From Candidatus Altimarinota bacterium (GTDB lineage Bacteria; Patescibacteriota; Gracilibacteria; UBA4473), in contig OZ246423.1 in NCBI GenBank assembly GCA_965231215.1, forward strand, positions 288,001-352,000: a stretch of DNA of 64,000 bases. The letters run 5' to 3'. Position numbers and translations under genes: made by a program. How positions within the stretch are numbered: position 1 is the stretch's first letter; each line of letters starts with the position of its first letter. Positions 21,114-30,639 of this stretch are shown piece after piece. Under the pieces are notes generated by a model. The model ran no database searches, was not told where the DNA came from, and saw only the letters and a list, made by a program, of their open reading frames with translations.

Positions 21114-24100
21114 TTAGGAGCTTGAAATTACAGTAAAAGGAATTTGATATGTCTCTTGCAAATAAGACTCAGTTACTCCTAGCAATGACAAACAAGTATT
21201 TCCAATATTAGCTTTAGATATACCTGGTTGCACCACATAGATGTACATTTCAACATCTAGGTAATCTTCAGACTGTCTTTGCAATATTTGAGCAAGGTCA
21301 GTATCGCCAACTTCAAAGCCATTAACTCCAGTTGTCTCAGACCTGCGAATCATATGGTGGAAAATTTTTGGAACATTTGTTCTCCACTGAATACTTTTTT
21401 GGGCTTGCCCACAAACATTATAAAGATCGCCAACTCTATCTCCGGGAGAATCTCCAGATGAGAATTTGCAGTGGTAAAATTCAATCCGTAGCACATTATC
21501 GTCTTTTTTAATTGCTATGATATCCGCCATTTCTCCGGCTCTATCATCATCAAATATGATGTCATAGCTTTCTGACTTTAATTTCTCAATAACCTTAAAT
21601 TGAATAGATGTGGGATCTTTCTCATTTCCTTGAGATTCTTTTCTAATATTTACGCCAGTCCAATCCCAAGCAGATATTTTTTCTTGATTGTAAAGAGTGA
21701 CGTCTGCTCTTGGTTTAGCTAAAATACTTCCCTCCAACAATGATCCATCAGAAAATCTTATAACTGGTGGATTGTCATGAAAATAATCAACTAAATTTTG
21801 GCCTTGTGAATTAAAGAATATCTTTAAGGGTGGGCTACTTTCTTCTGTAAAACTTACAGTACTCATGTCTCCTTCTGGCGAAAGTTGTAAGGACATCGAA
21901 TAGGTAGACTCAAAATCTGTAGTAAAAACTTTGAACTTTATTGCTTCTGAACTTTTAGAACTTATTTCAATTCCCACTTCATCAATTGGTATTTTAGAAG
22001 TTCCGTGCTGAATCCATATTGCAGTTTGAGTGTCAGTATAAATGGATTCGTCCCATTCGATCGTTACCGGCTCACTTTCCGGAATAGACAATGCAGTTTC
22101 CGTAATTAGTGAGTTTTTTAGGAAATCATAAGCTTCTATACTTTCATCCAACAACTTTGCCCCTAAATGCTCACACCAAAGCTTAAAGTCTCTAATATTT
22201 GTCACTTGTCTTGACCAAATCCTGCCTTTATAAGAACAGCCTAAACTAGTTTTCTCGCCTGCCTCAAAGCCTAACCCGAATAAATTAGATTTTATCTTTG
22301 TACTAGTTTGGGGATCGCTAAGCCCCTTTTCAACATCAACCCCTGAGTACATTGTATATCGGATTGCTTTACCCCAATTAGATCTCAGGCCGATGTTTTT
22401 AAATATGATTCTTTTCAAATCGTGAAAAGCTCTAAAAATAGTTTCTCCTTCAACTATATGAGCTTCACCCGAAGAAAGTGCCTTAGCTACATTTTCATGG
22501 AGGCTGCCGTTGTTTGAGCTATTTATAAATAATAGATTTTTTTCTCTATCCCAATAAATCAAATATAAGTCCCACTCTAAATTTCTTATGTGTTTAAAGA
22601 ATCCCCATTCCACATATTTTTTGCTACCTTCAACTACAACTAATACATTCTCTCTTTCACTATGAGTGTATTTAATAATTTTCTTTTCTGAGGTTTTACC
22701 AAATATCTCAATAACTGCATCTTCATTAGACAGGTCAACATCACCACTGATTTTAAACACAACTGTACTCATTTTTGGCCTAATGTTTTGAAGGCCAATA
22801 GATTCATTTTCTGTATCGAAGCTTTGAATAAAATCATTTAATGAAATCTGTCGTTCAATTTCATTTTCACTCCAAACTTGGAGTATAAGATTCCAATCTG
22901 GGTTAGCAGAATATAGCTCTCTCAAAATCTTACTCGAATTAGGACTTGTTATATCAGCTATTACTTGTGCTTCTCCTAAATTTAAATCATGAGAATAACG
23001 AGTAAAACGACCAACAAACTGCAATGTAATCGGCAGACTTTTATGAATATCATGTATTGCAGCGATTTTAAGCTCAGGTAGATCAAAGCCCTCACCAAGC
23101 ATGTCTACACAGACTACAATTTTTGACTGATGCGACTTTAGCTGCTCAAATGCATAATTTTTTTCAGCTGGAGACAACTCGGAATGAATAATTACAGGAT
23201 TCAAATCCGAAGCTAGGTCTTGATATATTCGAAATACATCTCTTGAGCGAGGGATTGTTTTTGTACGTACCATCATTAAATGATCTAGATTCCTCTCATC
23301 TAAATCTCTTCTGAGAATCTCAGTAGATTTCTCTGCAATTGCTCTATCTACCTTGCTTTCGTCCCACTCTCGGATTCCGGTGAAATTTATCTTCTTAAAG
23401 TACTCATCTTCAAAAGCATCTTTTAATTTATAATTAAATATTGTTCTGCCATCAACATGCTCACCATCATTGCGGAATGGTGTTGCAGTAAATTGCATCA
23501 CAGGCTTATGTCTTTTGACGAAACCTTTTTTAATTTTATCCCAAGTTTTAGCCGTAACATGATGTGCTTCATCCACGAATAAATGTGTAAAGACGGTAGA
23601 TAGATGTTCAAGAATAGCCTCATCGCACCGACCTAAACTGCTTGGGGTTGCTATTACTATGTTTGAGTGTGAAACAATTTCGTTTATTTCAGAGAGCGAC
23701 TTAGGTATGTGTTCAATGACTCCAACTGAAGGTAGCATCGTTTGTTCATTAAAACCTTCTAGTCTGGATATAAATCCCAAGGATTTAAACTTCCGAAAAG
23801 TTTGTTCTCTAAGGGGAACTGAAGGAACAAGGATCAAAACTTTTTTACATTGATTCAGGAGTATTGATCCAATCATAGTCTCTGTTTTTCCTGTTCCAGT
23901 CGGCATGATTATATTTACAACTTCGGTAGAGCAGGTTAAGTACCCTAATATTGAGAACATTGCACCTCTTTGAGGACGCCTGAGTACTTTGTCATTTTCA
24001 TTTACCTTTTCACGAAATGGGTCAAAACAGTTTTTCCAACTAGAAATTATCTGCTCGAGGGGTGCTTCGGGGTTATCAAATAAGCCATCATAAATAGCAT

Positions 24101-24170
24101 TGCACTCAACTTTTCCAAGCTGAACTTTTTTACTTATTCCACTGAACCCCATGCTCGATTGATCGCTCAT
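21114..24170 (-). CDS. SF2 DEAD/DEAH (type III restriction Res-like) helicase with a probable C-terminal PD-(D/E)xK nuclease domain
   Basis: MPTGTGKT, DEAHH, FTATP, MLGEGFD, QFVGRFTR; C-terminal DDDRAGEMADII...EFYHCK. Confidence 0.85.
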   Translation of the reverse strand: MSDQSSMGFSGISKKVQLGKVECNAIYDGLFDNPEAPLEQIISSWKNCFDPFREKVNENDKVLRRPQRGAMFSILGYLTCSTEVVNIIMPTGTGKTETMIGSILLNQCKKVLILVPSVPLREQTFRKFKSLGFISRLEGFNEQTMLPSVGVIEHIPKSLSEINEIVSHSNIVIATPSSLGRCDEAILEHLSTVFTHLFVDEAHHVTAKTWDKIKKGFVKRHKPVMQFTATPFRNDGEHVDGRTIFNYKLKDAFEDEYFKKINFTGIREWDESKVDRAIAEKSTEILRRDLDERNLDHLMMVRTKTIPRSRDVFRIYQDLASDLNPVIIHSELSPAEKNYAFEQLKSHQSKIVVCVDMLGEGFDLPELKIAAIHDIHKSLPITLQFVGRFTRYSHDLNLGEAQVIADITSPNSSKILRELYSANPDWNLILQVWSENEIERQISLNDFIQSFDTENESIGLQNIRPKMSTVVFKISGDVDLSNEDAVIEIFGKTSEKKIIKYTHSERENVLVVVEGSKKYVEWGFFKHIRNLEWDLYLIYWDREKNLLFINSSNNGSLHENVAKALSSGEAHIVEGETIFRAFHDLKRIIFKNIGLRSNWGKAIRYTMYSGVDVEKGLSDPQTSTKIKSNLFGLGFEAGEKTSLGCSYKGRIWSRQVTNIRDFKLWCEHLGAKLLDESIEAYDFLKNSLITETALSIPESEPVTIEWDESIYTDTQTAIWIQHGTSKIPIDEVGIEISSKSSEAIKFKVFTTDFESTYSMSLQLSPEGDMSTVSFTEESSPPLKIFFNSQGQNLVDYFHDNPPVIRFSDGSLLEGSILAKPRADVTLYNQEKISAWDWTGVNIRKESQGNEKDPTSIQFKVIEKLKSESYDIIFDDDRAGEMADIIAIKKDDNVLRIEFYHCKFSSGDSPGDRVGDLYNVCGQAQKSIQWRTNVPKIFHHMIRRSETTGVNGFEVGDTDLAQILQRQSEDYLDVEMYIYVVQPGISKANIGNTCLSLLGVTESYLQETYQIPFTVISSS

Positions 24171-24176
24171 TTTCTT

Positions 24177-24405
24177 CTACAGAGTAGGCAACCATATTAA
24201 CCCTTGACCCTCTTTTCTCAAAATTGGTTTATCACATATCTTAAACATTTCTTCATCGTGGTCAGAATCACCAATCGCCCAACTCTCATGTTGAGGGTAA
24301 TTCGTTAGTAAATCAGTTACAATGGCTCTTTTCCCTTTCGTTGGACATATGTCTCCAGAAACAGAAATATCTGCCGTCAGGGTATTGGAGCAGAACTTGT
24401 TTCTA
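24177..24405 (-). pseudogene. 3' fragment of a HAD-family phosphatase
   Basis: Reads ...KGKRAIV...WAIGDSDHDEEMF...LPTL-TAG. No start codon and no DxD motif; cut at the TGGCTGGG site at 24406. Confidence 0.65.
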
Positions 24406-24441
24406 TGGCTGGGAACGATTGACTGTATTAGAACTTACTTC
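24406..24441 (+). repeat. att-like repeat TGGCTGGGAACGATTGACTGTATTAGAACTTACTTC
   Basis: Similar to 25112-25147 and 36654-36683; the first 8 nt match the tRNA-Gln 3' end at 61805-61812. Confidence 0.75.
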
Positions 24442-24473
24442 GTAAAAAATGATTTTGATGATACCATCCAAAG

Positions 24474-25046
24474 GTGAAAACAAACAAAGTGACTACCAAA
24501 TATTTTACTAACAGAGATGAATGGAGGGCCTGGCTTCAGGTCAATTTTGAAACCCAAGACGAAATTTGGCTTGAATACCCTCTAAAAAAAACCGGCAAAG
24601 CCAGAATCCTGTATAATGACGCTGTGGAAGAAGCCCTCTGTTTTGGTTGGATAGATAGCACAGTAAAGTCGTTGAATACTAACACTACTATTCAGCGTTT
24701 CTGTAAGAGGCGGAAAAACACTTCGTTTTCTCAACCAAATAAAGAGCGGCTAAAATTACTTTATATAATGAAGCTAATCCATCCATCTTTGATTCAAAAT
24801 ATTAAAGAAGTAATTTCAGAAAAATTTGTTTTTCCTGAAGATATTTTAGAAAAGCTAAAACTAGAAAAAATGGTGTGGGATAATTATCAATCTTTTTCAG
24901 AGCCCTATAAACGGATTAGGATCGCTTATATAAACGATGCAAGGAACAGACCGGAAGAATTTGAGAAGCGTTTAGCCAATTTTGCAAGCAAGACCAAACA
25001 CAATAAACTAATAAAAGGCTTTGGTGGGATCGATAAATACTATTAG
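24474..25046 (+). CDS. YdeI/OmpD-associated family protein
   Basis: WRAWL, AVEEALCFGWIDS, C-terminal YKRIRIAYI...KRL. Confidence 0.88.
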   Translation: MKTNKVTTKYFTNRDEWRAWLQVNFETQDEIWLEYPLKKTGKARILYNDAVEEALCFGWIDSTVKSLNTNTTIQRFCKRRKNTSFSQPNKERLKLLYIMKLIHPSLIQNIKEVISEKFVFPEDILEKLKLEKMVWDNYQSFSEPYKRIRIAYINDARNRPEEFEKRLANFASKTKHNKLIKGFGGIDKYY

Positions 25047-25060
25047 TTAAAAGGTTCTAC

Positions 25061-25147
25061 GTCTACCCACTATTAAAACAAAAAAGCCAATCCTAGATTA
25101 GCTTTCAAGGGTGGCTGCGAACGATTGACCGTATTAGAACCTATTTC
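25061..25147 (+). repeat. Dispersed repeat copy (CTACCCAC...TAGCTTTCAAG-GG-TGGCTGCGAACGATTGACCGTATTAGAAC)
   Basis: Links the part-A type sequence directly to the TGGCTG att-like sequence. Confidence 0.75.
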
Positions 25148-25225
25148 ACAAAAATAGACTAAACAAAGTTTTTGTGTTGAAAAATATTTACTGATTACTA
25201 TTTTGTTTCAGAATAATATTTTTTC

Positions 25226-28200
25226 ATGCCAGCTAATTCAGTAGATAACTTTCGGCCTTTATTTGATGATTTGGATGTAATGTCACTGTCTTCAGCTGAT
25301 TTAGGTGAAGAGGCGTTACAAAGCAGAGTAAGGAAGCTAATCGAATCTGGCCATTTACCACAGCCAGAAAATACTACTCCTTGGGAAGAGTTGTTAGTTA
25401 CTAATCGACTACCAAACCTAGAGGAGAATGAGAAAGCAGCTTTGGTAGATTTAATACTTGATGGTGGTGAAATTAATCGTAATTCTGTTCAAGGGGTTCT
25501 GAGCAACTGGCCAATTGTTCAACTTGAAGCTTTAAGTTTAATTCTCAATAAAGAAAGAGTATTAGCAGATGTTGAATTTGACGCTTTACTACCTGAATTT
25601 CCTTTCCCGATATTGCGGGGAAACCTTTTTGGTCGTTATATTTCTAAAAAAGCACCAGATATAACGAGAGCTACTGCTTCTTTAAAAGCTGCCATTCCTT
25701 TTTTCATAGCCGTTAGGCAGATTCTAGATGTCTTACAAGATGACCGTAATAACTGTATTATCTTAGATTTAGACAAAGACCGCAGTGCTAGTGGGTCTCA
25801 AGGAGTTGAAAAGGCGGCGATTGGAGAAGCTCTAAAAGGGCTTGAAGACATAATTATGAGCCATGCTAGATCTTTTAATAGAAGTGAAAAATTATCTAGC
25901 ACAGAAAGCCAAAGAATGGTTGAATTGGTAATGAAAGCTATTGAGAATAGCCATGATCTTAGTGCAAGTAGTACGAAGGGTATCAGAACCGTGATGTTAC
26001 CACTTTATAAAGAAACTCGAGCTTTCTTTGATTTTCGAAAATTTGCCACAGAAGCAGCATTACAATCTTCCGAACTAGCGCGTGTGAAACATCTATTTGG
26101 GTTAGATGAAGAACTAGAAGTTGATAAAGACTTAGAAACTGTAGAGCCAAAGAAAAAGAAGAAGAAAAAAAAGAAAAAGAAGAAGAGTCCGACTAAAATG
26201 AAATTAAGAGAGATCTTAGATTTCTTTGATGCTGATGACTTAGAACGTTTTAAAGCTGAAATTGCAGAAGCAAAACAAGATAACCAAAGGGTTTTAATTT
26301 TAGACGATCGAATTGATCCAAGACTTAGAGATTCAAAAGCTTCAACTATCTATCCACTAATCGAGGGCGTTTACAGATCTGGTGATGTTTCAGAAGAGGG
26401 ATTGCCAGCAGCTTCTGATGTTGCCTTTCTTACTAAACCAAGGACTGGTTACTACGATATTGCCGTTGAAGGTATGGAAGGAGCGACTTTTGAGCATAGA
26501 TTTAATGAATTTACACTTACTGATGCCGACACGCCTGACGTGTTAGATGACATCTTTGCTACTCTCGAACCAGACAAGCCAGTTGAAGCTTTACAATTTG
26601 CGGATGATCTTGTTCAGGAATTAGGAGTTGATGGAGCTAGTGTTGATTGGCAAGTAATTAGAAGAGCTGAAACACGCTACGGATCAGCCAGTAAGTTAAA
26701 CATTTTAAGGTATGTATTAGAGAGTGTTAAGAGTCTAAGCGAAGTTGACTTACGTTATGTTTTTTCTGTGCTATTAAGCCATGGAGTTTATGAAGTGCCA
26801 GAAGATTTAATTACTACTATGGTCAAGCGCTTTGGTGTCCCCGTCAGGCTTTGGGAGCAATACCACGCGTTTACAAAAAACTACCAACCACAAACTTTTG
26901 GAGAGAGTCCTGATACTTTTGTGCAATTAACGACCCTCAACGCTTACGCTAAATGCCGGCTTGACGCAGAAGGCGTACCAGCTGAAACTGATCAATTAAT
27001 TAAGCATCTTCATGATGGTAGAGTAGTTGTTTTGACTGATGATACTCGGTTTTCTGGTCAAGCTAATGCTGACTTAGAAGGTGTAGGTGAAAGTTCTGAA
27101 GAAAACGGTCAACCAACTATTCGCCCGAGTAGTAGAGTGCTTTACTCACTCATTGAAAGAACGGTGCAGGGTGAAGTCCCAGAAGATATGAAAGGTGCTT
27201 CTGTTGTTTCTATTGCCCCTAATGCCGTTTATATTTGGGGAGAGCGTTACACTTGGCCTAAAGATTTTAGTAAAGTCCGTGCCGAGCTAGCCAAACTAGT
27301 TATGCACAACCCTAATACCGTTGTTATTTTAGAGCCTGGAAACATTGATAGACCAGAGCAATTCAGAGAAGTGATTGATATTATTGGTGAATATGGATTA
27401 CGGCTTGTCATTAGAACCAACCAGTCTGTTTCGGATTTTCCGCAAGTTAATGTTGTACCCATCTTAGATGAAGAAATTGTTGACCGCCTTTACTACAGTC
27501 CAACGCTTCAACAAAAACTCGAACTGAGTGAACCGGTTGATAAAAGAGTTTTGAAGTACTTAAGCGAAGTCATTTCTCGGCGCTCCCCAGACCAAGATCC
27601 TTTAGTTTTAGCTTTGAATATACTAGATATTGCAGCAGCAAATATTAAAGCCGTTGGAGGTGACACCATTAGTCTTGGTGATATAACATTAGCAGCACCT
27701 TGGGCATTGGGAACCCCTGATCCATCAGCGTTGGAGCGTGGTAAAGAAAGAATCTTAAGAGCTGGAGAGAACATTAAAGGCCATCTTTCTGGTCAAGATA
27801 AAGCCATTGATATGGTAGCCGAATTAATGGTGGCTAAACTACAAGGGACAATGGATGACACTAAGCCTTGTGCCATTGTAATGCCCGGGCCCTCTGGAGT
27901 AGGTAAAACCGAGACTAGCTGCAGACTTGCTAGGGCTGCCGGGTTTAAATTTATCCCCCTTAACGGAAATATGTTCTCTGAGCCGAGTGCAGTACGTGAA
28001 CTATTTAAATCTGATGGGGTGTTTGCTAAAACTATTGCTGCAAATAAGAACGGTATTTATTTCTATTTAGATGAAATTGATAAAGCTGATATTTCACTCT
28101 TTCAAGCTATCCTACAGCTTGCAGATAGTGGTGCTTTTTACACAAGTGATGGTAAGGTAATTTATAATCCATCAGTAATTTTAGCACTCCCTACGAATGC

Positions 28201-28714
28201 TGCCGCAGACAAAGTATGGAAAGGAGCTGCCGATGAAGACATTAGAAACGCGCTAGACGAGAGTATGGTTCATAGAAATGGGAATAAAATTATTGGGGCG
28301 AGTAACCGTTTTTATGTTGTTCCGTTTACTGGTGTTGATAAACAATCATTTGAGCAAGCTATTGAAAAAGCCCTAATGGATACTAGTAACTATCCTGGCT
28401 TAAGAATGGCTGGTATTGATGTCACGGAAGTCACTCCGGCGGCTGTCGAATTGGTTTACAATTTCTGTGAAGAATCATGTCTTCGAGGCGGAACGAATCA
28501 AGGTGTAGGGTTTATTCCCCAGAGTCAGCAAAAAGCTAATTCCGAAACAGCAGAATATGAAAATTTACGACGCATTGGCTACGCTATACAAGCTTTAGCC
28601 AAAGACTCTTTTTCTAAAACTGTTAACGAAAAAGGCGGTTTAAAGTCAGTATTAAAAGGACGAAAAATGAAGTTATGTGCACAAGATGAGAAATTAGTCC
28701 TAATTGATATTTAA
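25226..28714 (+). CDS. Large protein with a C-terminal ClpB-like AAA+ domain and a poly-Lys tract
   Basis: GQDKAI, GPSGVGKT, YLDEIDKA; 12 consecutive Lys at 26150-26185. Confidence 0.8.
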   Translation: MPANSVDNFRPLFDDLDVMSLSSADLGEEALQSRVRKLIESGHLPQPENTTPWEELLVTNRLPNLEENEKAALVDLILDGGEINRNSVQGVLSNWPIVQLEALSLILNKERVLADVEFDALLPEFPFPILRGNLFGRYISKKAPDITRATASLKAAIPFFIAVRQILDVLQDDRNNCIILDLDKDRSASGSQGVEKAAIGEALKGLEDIIMSHARSFNRSEKLSSTESQRMVELVMKAIENSHDLSASSTKGIRTVMLPLYKETRAFFDFRKFATEAALQSSELARVKHLFGLDEELEVDKDLETVEPKKKKKKKKKKKKSPTKMKLREILDFFDADDLERFKAEIAEAKQDNQRVLILDDRIDPRLRDSKASTIYPLIEGVYRSGDVSEEGLPAASDVAFLTKPRTGYYDIAVEGMEGATFEHRFNEFTLTDADTPDVLDDIFATLEPDKPVEALQFADDLVQELGVDGASVDWQVIRRAETRYGSASKLNILRYVLESVKSLSEVDLRYVFSVLLSHGVYEVPEDLITTMVKRFGVPVRLWEQYHAFTKNYQPQTFGESPDTFVQLTTLNAYAKCRLDAEGVPAETDQLIKHLHDGRVVVLTDDTRFSGQANADLEGVGESSEENGQPTIRPSSRVLYSLIERTVQGEVPEDMKGASVVSIAPNAVYIWGERYTWPKDFSKVRAELAKLVMHNPNTVVILEPGNIDRPEQFREVIDIIGEYGLRLVIRTNQSVSDFPQVNVVPILDEEIVDRLYYSPTLQQKLELSEPVDKRVLKYLSEVISRRSPDQDPLVLALNILDIAAANIKAVGGDTISLGDITLAAPWALGTPDPSALERGKERILRAGENIKGHLSGQDKAIDMVAELMVAKLQGTMDDTKPCAIVMPGPSGVGKTETSCRLARAAGFKFIPLNGNMFSEPSAVRELFKSDGVFAKTIAANKNGIYFYLDEIDKADISLFQAILQLADSGAFYTSDGKVIYNPSVILALPTNAAADKVWKGAADEDIRNALDESMVHRNGNKIIGASNRFYVVPFTGVDKQSFEQAIEKALMDTSNYPGLRMAGIDVTEVTPAAVELVYNFCEESCLRGGTNQGVGFIPQSQQKANSETAEYENLRRIGYAIQALAKDSFSKTVNEKGGLKSVLKGRKMKLCAQDEKLVLIDI

Positions 28715-28724
28715 AAGTTCTGAG

Positions 28725-28935
28725 TCCACCCACCTCCCTTATTCCAAAAGGGTTAATCAAAGACTAGCTTTCAAGCGTGGGGGGATTACTCGCTTCGCTC
28801 ATGACTTCGTATCGAACCCCGCCCTTCGGGCTTACGGGTTCGAAGCCCAACTCCAAAATATATTTAAAAAAACAGACCCAAGGTCTGTGTTTTTAAATAT
28901 GGCTGGCTTGTGTGGATGAAGTTAGGAAGATTATT
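28725..28935 (+). repeat. Contiguous copy of the dispersed repeat (part A + hairpin core + part B)
   Basis: Matches 20058-20117 and 20969-21085; TCGAACCC..GCCCTTCGGGC..GGGTTCGA hairpin. Confidence 0.9.
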
Positions 28936-29036
28936 ACTAACTTCAAGGCAGAATTAGCCTATAGTCCTTTGAATACACCTACTACAATCTCAATAGTGAG
29001 CTAGACAGCAAGGTCATGAGGATTGAATGAACGTAC

Positions 29037-29067
29037 AAAAAAGCCAGACCTTACAGCCTGGCTTTTA
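29037..29067. terminator. Putative intrinsic terminator AAAAGCCAG...CTGGCTTTT
   Basis: Inverted repeat flanked by A/T tracts downstream of 29098-30492(-). Confidence 0.55.
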
Positions 29068-29097
29068 ACTTTTTTACTAAAATAAAGAAACTAGCCA

Positions 29098-30492
29098 TCA
29101 AGACGTGCGTGCCATTACGGCTTGTGGTAGTTTATCTGCAATACATTTCATAGCCTCCTCAATTTCATCATTTGAAAATTCTGGATAACTTTGTACTAAG
29201 CTTAGAATCCGAACAATCTCATCTTCCATAGTAAAGACACCATCTTGCAGACGAGTAAAGCTTGTGCCAGATTCATCATTTAGAGCTTCCGAAGCTACTG
29301 AACCGGCATCTCTTAGGGCCTGAGCGAAGGCTCTCATTTTTACGTCTTCAAACATATTCCCAGATGGACCAGCTCCAAGCGCCGTCATTTGATTTTCTGC
29401 TAATTTTTGAGCGTAAACTGCTAAATCTACCCCATGTTTACTTTCTAAGTTGGTGAGATATTCTTCAATAAACGCTTCTGCTCTCTCTTCGACACTTTTT
29501 TCACTTTCTGCTTCGTCAACAGATGCAGCCGGTGCCGGCTTTTCGTGACGATTCAGGCTAATGCTTCCATCCTTACCTATAATGGCTGCCTTTCGCATAG
29601 CCGTAGTAATGGCCGTTGCTATTTCTTGTACGGTCCCTACTAAGGCTTGATTGGCCGCTCCACGAAGAACAAACACTTCTTCCCCCTCACCACGGGCAAG
29701 ATAAAAAGTTTCAGCACCGACAGTAACCGTAGAAAAAGTCTTAGGCCCTAGGTGTAATGATTTGTTAAAATCAGTATCTCCAGCATCAAAAGCTACCGCC
29801 AAAGCAGCACTACTTTTTCCCACTCCATATGTACCACGCTTTTTTAGGGTTACTTGAGCTGACGGTTTGGTTTTGTTAGTAATTACATTATCAATAGCTA
29901 GACGAACTCCAGGAGCGGTTAAGGCTACAGGCCTGCTTAGTTGCAATTCGTTGTCACCGCTGGCTTCTAATAGTCCAGAAGCTTCTTGCAATTTTATGGC
30001 TGGCACTGGTTTATCAGTTTCAATAATGGCATAAGTTGAACCTTCTCCTATAAGATACCAGTTAGGAGCGCTCACCCCCGAAGCTTCATGCGCATAAGGG
30101 TGAACCATTTGCGGTTGATCAGCTGTCTGAAGCATGACTTGAGCCCGATCGTAAGCATCTGCCACCATAGCGCCATTGGCGTATAAATCAGAGGTTTGAA
30201 TGCCGTCTTTACTAGAATCCATAACATGCCCGCCATCACGAACTACAAAAGCACGATAGGCCTTTAAGAATTTACCACCATCAGTTAACAATGGAAGCAA
30301 AGCTGTAGCACTACCGCCATACAGAGGCACAACTCTCTTAACTGAAATATTTTCAGCACCATCTTCACCATTAAACAACTGCTCAATGGACGTTGCTAGA
30401 GTTTGATCTTCTAGAAGCCCCAAATCGACTTCAGCAGCAACTTCCGCGGAATTTTCTTCAGGCACTTTAGTTGAGTTTTCATCTTCTGACAT
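29098..30492 (-). CDS. Hypothetical protein (464 aa)
   Basis: Long ORF, no recognised motif. Confidence 0.75.
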   Translation of the reverse strand: MSEDENSTKVPEENSAEVAAEVDLGLLEDQTLATSIEQLFNGEDGAENISVKRVVPLYGGSATALLPLLTDGGKFLKAYRAFVVRDGGHVMDSSKDGIQTSDLYANGAMVADAYDRAQVMLQTADQPQMVHPYAHEASGVSAPNWYLIGEGSTYAIIETDKPVPAIKLQEASGLLEASGDNELQLSRPVALTAPGVRLAIDNVITNKTKPSAQVTLKKRGTYGVGKSSAALAVAFDAGDTDFNKSLHLGPKTFSTVTVGAETFYLARGEGEEVFVLRGAANQALVGTVQEIATAITTAMRKAAIIGKDGSISLNRHEKPAPAASVDEAESEKSVEERAEAFIEEYLTNLESKHGVDLAVYAQKLAENQMTALGAGPSGNMFEDVKMRAFAQALRDAGSVASEALNDESGTSFTRLQDGVFTMEDEIVRILSLVQSYPEFSNDEIEEAMKCIADKLPQAVMARTS

Positions 30493-30639
30493 ATTAGTGA
30501 GTGGGTTAATAAATCATCTACAAGTTATACAAAAAAACATTACTGATTCAAAAAAAATATTAAATATAACAAAAAAACAATTGCGATTATTTGTTTTTGT
30601 TTTAAAAGTGTAAATGATTATAGAGTAACCTAATAAATA

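Noticed and set aside
28704-28919. 71-aa ORF, and the similar short ORFs 20793-21089 and 18234-18482
   Set aside because: They run through the non-coding repeat elements and are probably spurious.
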